Assembly: GCA_963794325.1 (NCBI GenBank)
Contig: CAWCDG010000004.1
Location: 192,001 to 256,000 of the forward strand
Source: an uncultured delta proteobacterium
Lineage (GTDB): Bacteria; Desulfobacterota; Binatia; Binatales; Binataceae
Length of the DNA: 64,000 nucleotides
Direction: 5' to 3'
Both the position numbers and the translations under genes were made by a program. The notes beneath the pieces are model-generated. The model worked only from the letters and a program-made list of their open reading frames with translations. It had not been told where the DNA came from and did no database searches. The stretch's first letter is position 1, and every line of letters starts with the position of its first letter. This document shows positions 39,802-49,842 of the stretch, piece after piece.

Positions 39802-41648
39802 CAGTGGATTCCGGCGTGTTCGTAGAGGATGCGGCGGACCTCTTCGATCGTCTCGGGCGTCGCTTGGGTCGAGTGTCCCGAACGGACGACCAGCTCCGAT
39901 TCGACACCGTCGATATGCGCGCTCTTGTACTCGACGACTCCGTCGTTGCCGTCCTCAACCGGCCCGCTGCCTTTCACCGGAATTATCGAATGCGCATGCA
40001 CGCCGGGAGCGATCGGCAGCGACGAGAGGACCTTGATGAACCGGTTAGACGAATCCATGTTGTCCAGCGCGGTCGGAATCACAGGCGAAGCGCCCATCAT
40101 GTTGTTCTCGCGAAGCTTCGCGAGCTGGACCGCGGTCTTCGCAAGACCGCCCGGCAAGTTGATGAATTTGTTTGCCAACTTAACGATAGGATTGCTGGCC
40201 ATGTAGCTGCCGCGATGCGGCGTCGCGATGAAGATCACGCGCGTCACGAACGGCAGCGGTTTGAAGAACATCGCGCGCGTGGCAAGGTCGCGGGTCTCGG
40301 GATCGAGTTGCGCCTGGTCAAACGGGACAGATGTGATGTTGTTCCAGAAGCGATTTCCACTATCGACGACCATCATCTTGGTCAGCAGCCCGCCTTGGCT
40401 GTGACCGATCACCACCATCTTGTTGAGCGACGGGTCCTTGCCCTCGGGATCGACGGCCTTGCGCACATTGATCAGTGATTCACGCAATCGCATCGCAGAC
40501 AGCACGATCGGATTTCCGCTGTTATAGATGAAGAACCAAAGCTGATAGCGCGATGCGATCGCGGGATCGCCAAGCAACTCGTTGGTCATTTCAGCCCATC
40601 GGGCGGGACTCGACGCCGTGCCATGAACGAACACCACCGGAATCATGTTCGGGTGGTATGGATGCAACATGAAGAGGCCGTTGACGTCGCTGGCCTTCGC
40701 GCCCGGAATGGAAAAGTCTCCCTTGCGAAAGCCCGCGAGCTCGAAATCCCAGATCGGCGCACCCTCCAGGCGATAGGCGAGCGCCGCGCTGGGATCGGAT
40801 TCGAGAGGCACGGACTGACCGCCGACCTGCACGTAGCCAGCCCGGTCCTCGTCGTAAAGTTCAACCGTGCCGCGCAGACGCCCATTACTCATCGCGAGTC
40901 GAGGATCGTCGAAGCGCACGAACGCGGTGATTGGCACCTTCGCATTCGCGGGAATCCATTGGCTCCCAGGACTGCCCGGCGTCGGCTCGGCTCGGGCCGA
41001 TAGCGCCGCGCCGATACCCGGTCTGCGGTAGGTATTCCGGAGCCCGCGCACCTCGAGGTCCGCGAGCGAGACAAATTTCGTCAGATGACTGCCGCCGTAA
41101 TTGAATCCCTCCGGCTCGACTCCGAGGCTGAGGGATCCAAACGGCAAGCTCAGTTGACGCGCGCTGAGATCAACTTCCTTTCCGTCTTTGGTCGCGAGGC
41201 CCAACGCGATGCCTCGATTGTAAAGATCAACAGTGAGGGTGAGGCGCGGATCGTACTGTCCGGGCGCGTCGGCCGGATTAGCCGGAAACAGGAAGGCGTA
41301 CGCATAGGCGGCGGACGCGAGGTAGTAGGATTGATTCCCCGATTCTTCCGCATATTCAAACGAGAGCTCGGATAGTGCAAACAGCCGATCGCGCTCGTCA
41401 GGCTTACCGAGCCCCGAGTTCAATTCGGCCAGGACTGTTTGGGGATCGCTTTTGAAACGATCCGTGAGCGCGGAACGTTCCAGAATCTGCGTCGAGTAAT
41501 CGCTCGGCTTGCCGGTTGAAAGGACGTTCGCATTGAGCTCGCGATGCGCCGCTTGCTCGTTGAGGCGCGTCACCCCTACCGGCGTCGCGCAACCGCCCGC
41601 AAACAGAGCGATGAGCGCAAAGACAAGTAATCGACGTCGAAAAGACAA
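39801..41648 (-). CDS. Alpha/beta hydrolase lipoprotein
   Basis: AGGC lipobox; VHGTASS; GHSQGG; TPHRGS; DGVV; SGHS. Confidence 0.88.
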   Translation of the reverse strand: MSFRRRLLVFALIALFAGGCATPVGVTRLNEQAAHRELNANVLSTGKPSDYSTQILERSALTDRFKSDPQTVLAELNSGLGKPDERDRLFALSELSFEYAEESGNQSYYLASAAYAYAFLFPANPADAPGQYDPRLTLTVDLYNRGIALGLATKDGKEVDLSARQLSLPFGSLSLGVEPEGFNYGGSHLTKFVSLADLEVRGLRNTYRRPGIGAALSARAEPTPGSPGSQWIPANAKVPITAFVRFDDPRLAMSNGRLRGTVELYDEDRAGYVQVGGQSVPLESDPSAALAYRLEGAPIWDFELAGFRKGDFSIPGAKASDVNGLFMLHPYHPNMIPVVFVHGTASSPARWAEMTNELLGDPAIASRYQLWFFIYNSGNPIVLSAMRLRESLINVRKAVDPEGKDPSLNKMVVIGHSQGGLLTKMMVVDSGNRFWNNITSVPFDQAQLDPETRDLATRAMFFKPLPFVTRVIFIATPHRGSYMASNPIVKLANKFINLPGGLAKTAVQLAKLRENNMMGASPVIPTALDNMDSSNRFIKVLSSLPIAPGVHAHSIIPVKGSGPVEDGNDGVVEYKSAHIDGVESELVVRSGHSTQATPETIEEVRRILYEHAGIH

Positions 41649-41761
41649 ACTATTCGTTCACTTCCTGCCAGTCTTGCCGCGATTGTATTCGGTTATCGCA
41701 TGCTTGGCAGTATCGGGCCCATGTGGAATCTGTCAGCCCTTCGCCGCCTTGTCGAAATTCG

Positions 41762-42266
41762 TCACTTTACGCTGTACCCGCGACCATCCAGACAGGCGGC
41801 CATCGCGCGTTGATACGCGGCACCCGCTTGAGAGGTCTGGGAGTTTGCCTGCTGTTTTTGCGAGTTCGCCTGGTCCAGGCGTTCATCTCTGCGTTTAAAT
41901 CCGCCGGCCATTCCACCCATCGCAGCTCCGGCGGCAGCTCCTTTGCCGGCGTTTCCTGCAATCGCGCCACCGACCGCGCCCATCGCAGCCCCACGCCCAG
42001 CTCCCTTCAGAACGTGCGGTTGCGACGGCCGATACGGCTGCGGATCAAGTGCGTTGGGGTTGCTCGGGTAGGACACGCTCGGGTCGAAACCAGTTTGCTG
42101 AACGGACCATGTGTGGCACTCGTAGCGATCCTTATCCTGCTGCGCCTGACTCTGATTGTTTTTGGGGTATATGAACATTTGTCCGCTTTGCGCAGCGGCG
42201 ATTGCTGGAATCAGAAGGACTAGCGGCAAAGATCAAAATCCGCGACCACATGCCTGCCTTTGCCAT
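41762..42266 (-). CDS. Exported glycine-zipper (YMGG-like) protein with an apparent frameshift in the signal peptide
   Basis: IYPKNNQS..QQ.KD.YEC, GAAMGAVGGAIAG, ACLDGRGYSVK; removing one base at 42228-42230 joins MAKAGMWSRILI to LPLVLLIPAIAAA. Confidence 0.75.
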
Positions 42267-42448
42267 CCGGAAATTTCCTGCTGTGCGAGTCATCTCGTAC
42301 TCCTGTTTTTTCAATTCAGACTAGACTGTGCCTTTCGCATTCGCGGTTAGCAAACCGCTTGTCTGACGTGGATTTTGAGTTCTCCAGATAACTCCGGCGT
42401 CCAGCGAATTCGTGGTCTCGCCGGGCGGCGTCTGTTCATACTCGGGGG

Positions 42449-43791
42449 ATGAACGGCGAACGAATCGCGGCCGCGATGCGTCAGCCTGCGATGCTGGCAG
42501 TAGTCTGGATCTGCGCGGTGTTGTGCTGATCGGCACTCTGACTAAGATGCCCGGCCAGTGGCATCGTCGCGATTTCTCGAACTACTACGAATCGGCGTGG
42601 GCGATACGGCACGGAATCGATCCATATTCCACCAATCTCACGCCGATCGGCACGCAGCTTGGCCTCGAGACGAACTGGCTGGTTCATGCCTCCGAGACGC
42701 CACCGTTTCTGCTCTGCTTCGAGCCCCTAACCCGGATGCGGCCGCGCACCGCATTCTGGATCTGGACCGCAATCAATTTTTTGTCACTGGCGATTGCGAT
42801 GTACCTGTTGCTCGCGCATCGACGCGATCTGTCGGGTCGCACCGCATTGCTGCTGGCGGCGCTGATGCTGATGTCGGCACCGGTGAATCTGAATTTTTAC
42901 TGGGGACAATCGCAGTTGATCGTCCTGGCTCTGATGGTAGCTGCGATGCGTGCGATGGAACGCGATCACGACGGCACGGCAGGCTTGCTGATCGCGGCAT
43001 CAGCGCTGTTGCGGGCCTATCCGCTTCTGCTCGTCGGCTATTTTGTATTTCGTCGAAAGTGGCGAGCGGTCCGTTTCGCGACGATCGGAATCGCAGCAGG
43101 AGGATTTGCGACGATCGCGATTTTGGGCTTACCGCAGACTCTCAGCTTCGTGCACGGCGCATTGTGGCTAACTGACTACAGAGTAGTTAGTCGCGTCGAT
43201 AATCTTTCACTTGGACCATTCGTATCCCGAATGTTCTGGTCGCTTGCCGGTACCGCGCCAGGCTCATCGGCCGATTGGATCAGACGTGCCGCTATAGCCA
43301 TTGCGGACGTAGTAGTACTCGGACTGACTATTCGCGCGACGCTCGCCCACGCCAACGGCGAGGATCCAGACTGGAGAATCTACTCACTTTGGATCGTCAC
43401 CGCGATCATGCTGACCCCCGTCGGATGGCATCACTACCTGGTGTTACTGGCTATTCCATTCGTGCAAATGGTCGCGTCGGCTGCGGGCAGTCGGTCAAGC
43501 TCGCGAGCCATCTGGATGGCGGCGTTGTCCTACATGCTCAGCGCGATTTCGCTCCGCGCCTTCAGCCGCTTCATGGTGCCGCCGCCAACCGCGTTTCAAC
43601 TCACCTTCCCAGTGCTGACGCGCGCGCTCGAGGAGACGAGCTTCATCGCATTGCTCACCGGATACATTGCAGCGTATTGGTTCGCGACCGATTACGTCCG
43701 GGTTCCAGTGACCGAAGTGGCACCGGCTTCAGGTGATTCCCGGTTGCATGCGCAAGAAAATTTTAGAGACCGAGCATTCTCCTCAACTTAA
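42449..43791 (+). CDS. GT87/DUF2029-like multi-pass glycosyltransferase with an apparent frameshift near the N-terminus
   Basis: DFSNYY, PP, WGQ, PVGWHHY; ATG 42449 frame stops at TGA 42527; one added base near 42523 restores VWICAVLVLIGTL. Confidence 0.78.
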
Positions 43792-43990
43792 CTGCGCTGA
43801 AGCCCAGCATCGTTTCATCGCCGATGCGAATGACTGGCACTGCGCGAAAGCCCATGCCGGCCAGCTCGTTGATGAGTGAAGGATCCTTCGCGATGCTCTT
43901 TTCGACGAAGCTGACGTTGTGTTGGATGAGAAATTCTTTCGCCTGATGGCAGGCCGAGCATCCGGTGTTGGTGTAAATTACGACTTCCAT
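43763..43990 (-). CDS. NrdH-like glutaredoxin
   Basis: VIYTNTGCSACHQAKEFL, AVPV, LGFS; AAGGAG RBS. Confidence 0.88.
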   Translation of the reverse strand: MEVVIYTNTGCSACHQAKEFLIQHNVSFVEKSIAKDPSLINELAGMGFRAVPVIRIGDETMLGFSAVKLRRMLGL

Positions 43991-44379
43991 GCGATCTCCT
44001 TTTTTTGCCGGCGCGACGCTTGCACCGGCATGCACTCGCCGCCGCAAGCCTCGACCATCTTGCGCAAGGTCACGCGGAGCCGCTGCAGGCGGGCGATCTC
44101 GTCATTCATTTTGGCCAACTTCGCTTCAGCTTTTCGCGTGACCGGCCCGCATTCCGCGGTCGATTTGACGCCTAGCGAAAGCAGTTCCTTGATTTCCTTC
44201 AGCGTGAATCCGAGCCGCTTCGCATCGACGATGAAACGCAATCGATCGAGCACGTCGTCAGAATAATTCCGGTAGCCCGAGAAGCTTCGCCGCGGCGCCA
44301 CGATCAATCCTTGCCGCTCATAGAAGCGAATAGTGTCAATACTCACTCCCGCCACATTAGCTACTCGGCCAATCGTCAT
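43978..44379 (-). CDS. MerR-family metal-responsive regulator (ZntR/MerR-like)
   Basis: MTIGRVA..TIRFYERQGL, GYRNY, LGFTLKEIKELL; Cys in EC and C-terminal ACGGEC. Confidence 0.92.
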   Translation of the reverse strand: MTIGRVANVAGVSIDTIRFYERQGLIVAPRRSFSGYRNYSDDVLDRLRFIVDAKRLGFTLKEIKELLSLGVKSTAECGPVTRKAEAKLAKMNDEIARLQRLRVTLRKMVEACGGECMPVQASRRQKKEIAWKS

Positions 44380-44388
44380 CTGAACCTC

Positions 44389-44420
44389 ACGATAGACCCT
44401 TGACTATAGTCCAGAGTCAA
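44389..44420 (-). promoter_or_regulatory. MerR-type promoter/operator with 20-bp spacer
   Basis: Minus strand TTGACT-CTGGACTATAGTCAAGGGTC-TATCGT; dyad ACTCTGGAC-TATA-GTCAAGGGT. Confidence 0.82.
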
Positions 44421-44429
44421 GCACGTCGA

Positions 44430-45854
44430 TTAATTCGCGGGAATCGCAGTCACGTAATCGAAATCCAGCGCTTGATGGTTGATTCCGCGCACCGGCGGCG
44501 CGATCCAGTTCGCGAACTTACCCGGTACGGTGACGGGCTTCATCAATGATGCGACGAATTCACGATCGGCTTGCGTCGGCAGCCATTCCGATTGGTGCCG
44601 TTGCCACTCCTCTTCGCTGACGATCTGCCCGGCCGGCGTTACGTTCACACTCGCGAATTCGCCGATCGATCGTCGAAACCCGCGATGCGGCAGTTTGAGC
44701 TCAAAGCCTACCCCGGCTTCACGAATAATCTTGTTCCATCGCGCCAGCGCGCGCTCGCAATCGGCAATATAGGAATCGCGTAGAGTCTCGTTCAACGCAT
44801 TCAGCGCCGGCTGCTCAGTCTGAATGATTTTTTCAGTACCAGGTTTCAGGACTGGGTAGCTGGCACCTTTCAGCTGATGGTCGTCGTCTCGGTCGGTCTC
44901 CTTGAAGCGTCCCTTGAGGCCTGCGCTGTAGTAAGTCGCCGCATTCGTGGATAGCTCGGACCCGAACAGATCGAGCGACACTGAGTAATGAAAGTTTATA
45001 TACTTCTGAATGATACTCAGATCGACGCCGCCATACTCACTGACTATTTCAGTATTGTGCTCCTTCATCAGTTGGCAGGTGCGGGCGATGACGCGGCCGA
45101 CTCCCGACTCGCCGACGAACAGATGATGCGCCTCTTCGGTCAGCATGAAGCGGCAGGTGCGCGCGAGCGGATCGAATCCCGATTCGGCCAGGCTCGCGAG
45201 CTGATACTTGCCGTCGCGGTCGGTGAAATGCGCGAACATGAAGTACGACAGCCAGTCGGGCGTCTTCTCGTTGAACGCACCGAGGATGCGCGGGTTGTCC
45301 GCGTTGCCCGATCGGCGTTGCAACAGCGCATCAGCCTCTTCGCGGCCGTCGCGTCCGAAGTAAGCGTGGAGCAGATAGACCATCGCCCACAGATGACGCC
45401 CTTCTTCGACGTTGACCTGAAAAAGATTGCGCAGGTCGTAGAGCGACGGACAGGTCCTGCCGAGATGCCGCTGCTGCTCGACCGACGCCGGCTCAGTGTC
45501 GCCCTGCGTCACAATCAGCCGGCGCAGGACTCCGCGATGCTCACCCGGCACGTCGCGCCAGACCGGTTCGCCCTTATGCTCTCCGAACGGAATGCGGCGA
45601 TCGAGCTCGGGGTCGGCCAGGAAAATCCCCCATCGATAATCCGGCATCTTGACGTAGCCGAAAGTCGCCCAACCCTGCGCATCAGTCGAGATCGCGGTCC
45701 GCAAATATACATCGCAGCCCTGAAAAGTTTCGGGGCCCATTTCATTCCACCATTGCAGGAATCCCGGCTGCCACGCCTCGAGCGCGCGCTGCAGGCGGCG
45801 GTCGTCGGTAAGATTCACGTTGTTGGGAATCCGCTCGGAATAGTTGATCGCCAT
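44430..45854 (-). CDS. boxB: Benzoyl-CoA 2,3-epoxidase subunit B
   Basis: INYSERIPNNV, QGDTEPASVEQQ, EEGRH and EEAHH di-iron motifs, DRDGKYQL. Confidence 0.96.
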   Translation of the reverse strand: MAINYSERIPNNVNLTDDRRLQRALEAWQPGFLQWWNEMGPETFQGCDVYLRTAISTDAQGWATFGYVKMPDYRWGIFLADPELDRRIPFGEHKGEPVWRDVPGEHRGVLRRLIVTQGDTEPASVEQQRHLGRTCPSLYDLRNLFQVNVEEGRHLWAMVYLLHAYFGRDGREEADALLQRRSGNADNPRILGAFNEKTPDWLSYFMFAHFTDRDGKYQLASLAESGFDPLARTCRFMLTEEAHHLFVGESGVGRVIARTCQLMKEHNTEIVSEYGGVDLSIIQKYINFHYSVSLDLFGSELSTNAATYYSAGLKGRFKETDRDDDHQLKGASYPVLKPGTEKIIQTEQPALNALNETLRDSYIADCERALARWNKIIREAGVGFELKLPHRGFRRSIGEFASVNVTPAGQIVSEEEWQRHQSEWLPTQADREFVASLMKPVTVPGKFANWIAPPVRGINHQALDFDYVTAIPAN

Positions 45855-47503
45855 CAGACTCTCCTCGGATCGAATTCCGGCCGCGCTCCGGTGCCGTAAA
45901 GTTTCAGCGCGCCTTTTTCTCCGACCGCGTTGGGCCGCTGAAAGATCCAGTTCTGCCACGCCGACAGACGGGCAAATATTTTCGATTCAATCGTCTCCGG
46001 CCCGCCAAATCGCAACGACGCCTCCATCCCGGTGAGCGCGTCCGACGAAAATGCCGCGCGTTCCTCGAGCGCAAGGCGCACCTCGTCGTCCCAGTCGATC
46101 TCGTCGGGCGTGAACGTCACGAGGCCTTCTTCATCGGCCTGAGATGCATCAAGCTGCTCGCCAATCTTCGCGCGCAAATGCTCGACGCGCTGCGGCTCTC
46201 CCAGAAACCTGCTCTCCAGCCGCGTCAATCCGTTGCACATCGGCATCGCGCCAAAATTTATTTCCGTGAAGCTGATATTCGCCGGCATCGATTCGTCGCC
46301 CTCGCGCAGTCCGCGCAGCATGTAGGTGCGATCCGACGCCAGCGCAAGCTCCAACAGCGTCCCGCAAAAACATGACCCCGGTTCGATCAATGCGAAAATC
46401 GATCGCGAGCTGACGTCGAGTCGTTTCAACATGCGTTTCAAGTAGAGCCGGATTTCTCGCACCAGCCAGTCGTCTGCGTTTGCGGCGAGGAATACGTCGT
46501 GCGATTTCACCAGCGCCGCATCGCCCAGCGTGCGAAAGATCCACGTCCGCACCGTGTCCTCGTTGAAGCGCAGATGCAGGATCGCATCTTCGAGTTCGCG
46601 TGCAATCGCCAACGGCCAGAAGTCCGCGCCGATCGAATGAGCGTCCTCGACGTTGCGCGGCGCCGGATTCTTCGGACCCTCGACAGTGAAGGTCGCGGTG
46701 GAATTGTCACGATCGATATCGATCGTCAGGTACTGATACTTGATCCGTCGCTCTTCGATGTCGCGCTGGAGCCGGCCGAAGGATATTCCGCGAGGATTAG
46801 CGGTTCCATTCGCACGCGCGGCAAACTCGAGCGCTCTTCGCGATGCCGACTCGATAAGCTGCGACCGCGGAACGACCTCGTCCACCAGTTGCCATTCGAC
46901 AGCGCGCTTGCCCCTGACTCCTTCCTCGGTGGTGCAAAAAAAATCCGCGCGGTCGCGTCGGACGCGGCGCTTATCAACCAGCCGGGTCAGCCCGCCCGTC
47001 CCCGGCAGCACGCCGAGCAGCGCGACCTCCGGCAGGGAAACGCTGGTCGAGCCATCGTCCGCCATCATTATATAGTCGGTCGCGAGTGCGAGCTCGTAAC
47101 CACCGCCGGCACACGCCCCGCCAATCGCCGTCATGTAGTACTGGCCCGAGTTGAGCGTCGCGTCCTCAATCGCATTGCGCGTCTCGTTGGTGAACTTGCA
47201 GAAATTCACCTTGAACGGATGGCTCGACAGGCCGAGCATCCTGATGTTCGCGCCCGCGCAGAAGACGCGCTCCTTGCCCGACGTGACGATCACGCATTTC
47301 ACTTCGGGATGCTCGAAGCGCATCCGATTCACGGCATCGTTGAGCTCGATATCGACCCCGAGATCGTACGAATTGAGCTTGAGCTCGTAGCCCGGCGCGA
47401 GGCCGCCGTTTTCATCCACGTCCATCGCGAGCGTCGCGACCGGCCCGGCGAAACTCAAACGCCAATGCCGATATGCGGACGGCTCGATTCGAAAGTCGAT
47501 CAT
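45854..47503 (-). CDS. boxC: 2,3-epoxybenzoyl-CoA dihydrolase
   Basis: YELKLNSYDLGVDIEL, KVNFCKFTNETRN, GGGYELALA, WQNWIFQRPNA. Confidence 0.96.
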   Translation of the reverse strand: MIDFRIEPSAYRHWRLSFAGPVATLAMDVDENGGLAPGYELKLNSYDLGVDIELNDAVNRMRFEHPEVKCVIVTSGKERVFCAGANIRMLGLSSHPFKVNFCKFTNETRNAIEDATLNSGQYYMTAIGGACAGGGYELALATDYIMMADDGSTSVSLPEVALLGVLPGTGGLTRLVDKRRVRRDRADFFCTTEEGVRGKRAVEWQLVDEVVPRSQLIESASRRALEFAARANGTANPRGISFGRLQRDIEERRIKYQYLTIDIDRDNSTATFTVEGPKNPAPRNVEDAHSIGADFWPLAIARELEDAILHLRFNEDTVRTWIFRTLGDAALVKSHDVFLAANADDWLVREIRLYLKRMLKRLDVSSRSIFALIEPGSCFCGTLLELALASDRTYMLRGLREGDESMPANISFTEINFGAMPMCNGLTRLESRFLGEPQRVEHLRAKIGEQLDASQADEEGLVTFTPDEIDWDDEVRLALEERAAFSSDALTGMEASLRFGGPETIESKIFARLSAWQNWIFQRPNAVGEKGALKLYGTGARPEFDPRRV

Positions 47504-47588
47504 CAGGAAGTCTCCCGCTTGGAACAAGCGTTCAGCTTAATATAGACCGCAAAATACCTGTCGATTCAACAACGGTGGTTGTCGCGAT

Positions 47589-49724
47589 TCACGCGATGCG
47601 CCTGACCACGACCATCGCGTGCCCCGCGACGTGCACCCGCTCTTCGAATAGATGTGATCGCGAGTCGCTCAGCGTGGCCGGATCGGCTGTGTCAAAGACG
47701 ATGGTCCACTTCCGTCCCCATTTTTTCGGCGGCAGCTTGAATTCCATCGGCTCGCTGTACGAGTTGAACATCAGAAAGAAGCTCTCATCGGTAATTCGCT
47801 CGCCCATGCGATCGCGTTCGGTCATCGCGTTGCCGTTAATGAACGCCCCCAGCGTCTTCGCGTATCCGACTCCCCAATCGCTTGCGATCATCACGCCGCC
47901 GTCGGGCCGGAACCATTCGAGATCCTTCAGCCGGTTGCGCTTGGGCGGGATGCCGGTGAACCATCCGCGGCGTCGAAAGATCGGATGATCGCGACGGAGC
48001 TGGATCAGCCGCCGGGTAAACTCGATCAGCGCCTGATCGGCGCTCTGCCAATCGATCCACGAAATCGGATTGTCCTGACAGTAGGCGTTGTTGTTGCCGC
48101 GCTGCGTACGTCCGAGTTCGTCGCCGTGGAGGATCATCGGCACGCCCTGTGACAGCATCAGGGTCGCGAGAAAGTTGCGCTTCTGCTGCTCGCGAATCGC
48201 GCGAGTCGCGGGATCGCCGGTCGGTCCTTCGATGCCGCAATTCCACGATCGATTCTGACTGTCGCCGTCGCGATTGTCCTCGCCGTTCGCCTCGTTGTGC
48301 TTGTCGTTGTACGAGACGAGGTCGGCAAGCGTGAAGCCGTCGTGCGAGGTGACAAAGTTGATGCTCGCGAGCGGCGCGCGGCCGACGGCGCGATACAGAT
48401 CTGAACTGCCGGTGACGCGCGACGCCAACTCGCCCATCGAACCGTCCGCGCCGCGCCAGAAATCCCGCACGCCATCGCGATACTTGCCGTTCCACTCTTT
48501 CCAGTTGACCGGAAAATATCCGACGCGATAGCCGCCATCGCCGATGTCCCACGGCTCCGCTATCAGCTTGGCCGCCGATATCACCGGGTCCTGCATAATT
48601 GCCGCAAAAAACGGGCTGGTGCCAAACTCGCCGCGAGGACCGCGGGCCAGCGTGGTCGCCAGGTCGAAGCGGAAACCGTCGACATGCATCTCGTCCAGCC
48701 AGTAGCGCAGGCTGTCCATCACCATTTGCAGAACCCGCGAATGCGTCATGTCGAGCGCGTTCCCGGTGCCGGTAAAATCCTCGCAGCGACCGCTGCCATC
48801 GTTTCGCAGCCGGTAGTAACTCGCATTGTCGATCCCGCGAAAACAAATCGTCGGCCCGGTCTCATCGCCCTCGCCCGTATGGTTGTAAACGACGTCGAGA
48901 ATCACCTCGATTCCCGCGCGATGGAACGCCTTCACCATCGATTTGAATTCCGCGACCGAGCCGCCGACGGCGCTGCCTGACGCGAAGCGCACATCAGGCG
49001 CGAAATAACCAATTGAATTGTATCCCCAGTAATTGGTCAGCCCGAGTTTTTCCAGGCGATGTTCAGGAGCTACCTGATGCACCGGCATCAATTCGATCGC
49101 GTTGACCCCCAGCCGGGTCAAATGTTTGATCACCGGCGGCGACGCGAGCGCCGCATAGGTTCCTCGCATCCTGCGCGGCACCTCAGGATGCGCCGCCGTC
49201 ATGCCCTTCACGTGCGCCTCATAGACGATGAGATTCTCGAGCGGAACTTCGGGCTTGCGATCGCCCTCCCAGTCGTACACCGAATCGACCACTACGCACT
49301 TGGGCATCGCGGGCGCGCTGTCGCGCAAATCGAGACGCGGCGGATTGCCCGCGGTAATCGAGCGATAACCCATCATCGAGTCGTTCCATCGAGCAACGCG
49401 ATCGAGCGCTCGCGCGTACGGATCGATCACCAGCTTGGCGGAGTTGAAACGATGCCCCGCGGGAGGATCGTAGGGACCACTCACGCGATATCCATAACGC
49501 TGACCGATCCGGACGCCCGGAACATAAGCGTGCCAGATATGTTCCGTGCGTTCGGCCATCGGTATCCGCGCGATCTCTTCGTTGCCCGCCGCGCCGCCGA
49601 ACAGGCACAAGGTCGCACCGGTCGCATGCTCGGAAAAAATCGAAAAATTCACTCCCGTGAGGTCACAGGTCGCGCCCAGCGGATACGGCATGCCGGGAAG
49701 AGCTGCAAATCTGGATTTCGGCAT
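47589..49724 (-). CDS. glgX: Glycogen debranching enzyme
   Basis: NYWGYN, DVVYNH, DGFRFDLA, IAEPWD, HDGFTL, GNNNAYCQDN. Confidence 0.96.
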   Translation of the reverse strand: MPKSRFAALPGMPYPLGATCDLTGVNFSIFSEHATGATLCLFGGAAGNEEIARIPMAERTEHIWHAYVPGVRIGQRYGYRVSGPYDPPAGHRFNSAKLVIDPYARALDRVARWNDSMMGYRSITAGNPPRLDLRDSAPAMPKCVVVDSVYDWEGDRKPEVPLENLIVYEAHVKGMTAAHPEVPRRMRGTYAALASPPVIKHLTRLGVNAIELMPVHQVAPEHRLEKLGLTNYWGYNSIGYFAPDVRFASGSAVGGSVAEFKSMVKAFHRAGIEVILDVVYNHTGEGDETGPTICFRGIDNASYYRLRNDGSGRCEDFTGTGNALDMTHSRVLQMVMDSLRYWLDEMHVDGFRFDLATTLARGPRGEFGTSPFFAAIMQDPVISAAKLIAEPWDIGDGGYRVGYFPVNWKEWNGKYRDGVRDFWRGADGSMGELASRVTGSSDLYRAVGRAPLASINFVTSHDGFTLADLVSYNDKHNEANGEDNRDGDSQNRSWNCGIEGPTGDPATRAIREQQKRNFLATLMLSQGVPMILHGDELGRTQRGNNNAYCQDNPISWIDWQSADQALIEFTRRLIQLRRDHPIFRRRGWFTGIPPKRNRLKDLEWFRPDGGVMIASDWGVGYAKTLGAFINGNAMTERDRMGERITDESFFLMFNSYSEPMEFKLPPKKWGRKWTIVFDTADPATLSDSRSHLFEERVHVAGHAMVVVRRIA

Positions 49725-49842
49725 TTTGACCGTGACACTAATGGCAAGCCGCGCTCATAGTCGCAACCATCCAGTTCCTCTCCAAAATGGAGAGGAGTTA
49801 GGGCATAGGTAGATCACGCGCTACTATTGTGCCGGCTGACAA

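Noticed and set aside
42527-42529. TGC-TGA as a possible Cys-Sec pair
   Set aside because: The homologous GT87 sequence continues in another frame, so a frameshift explains it better
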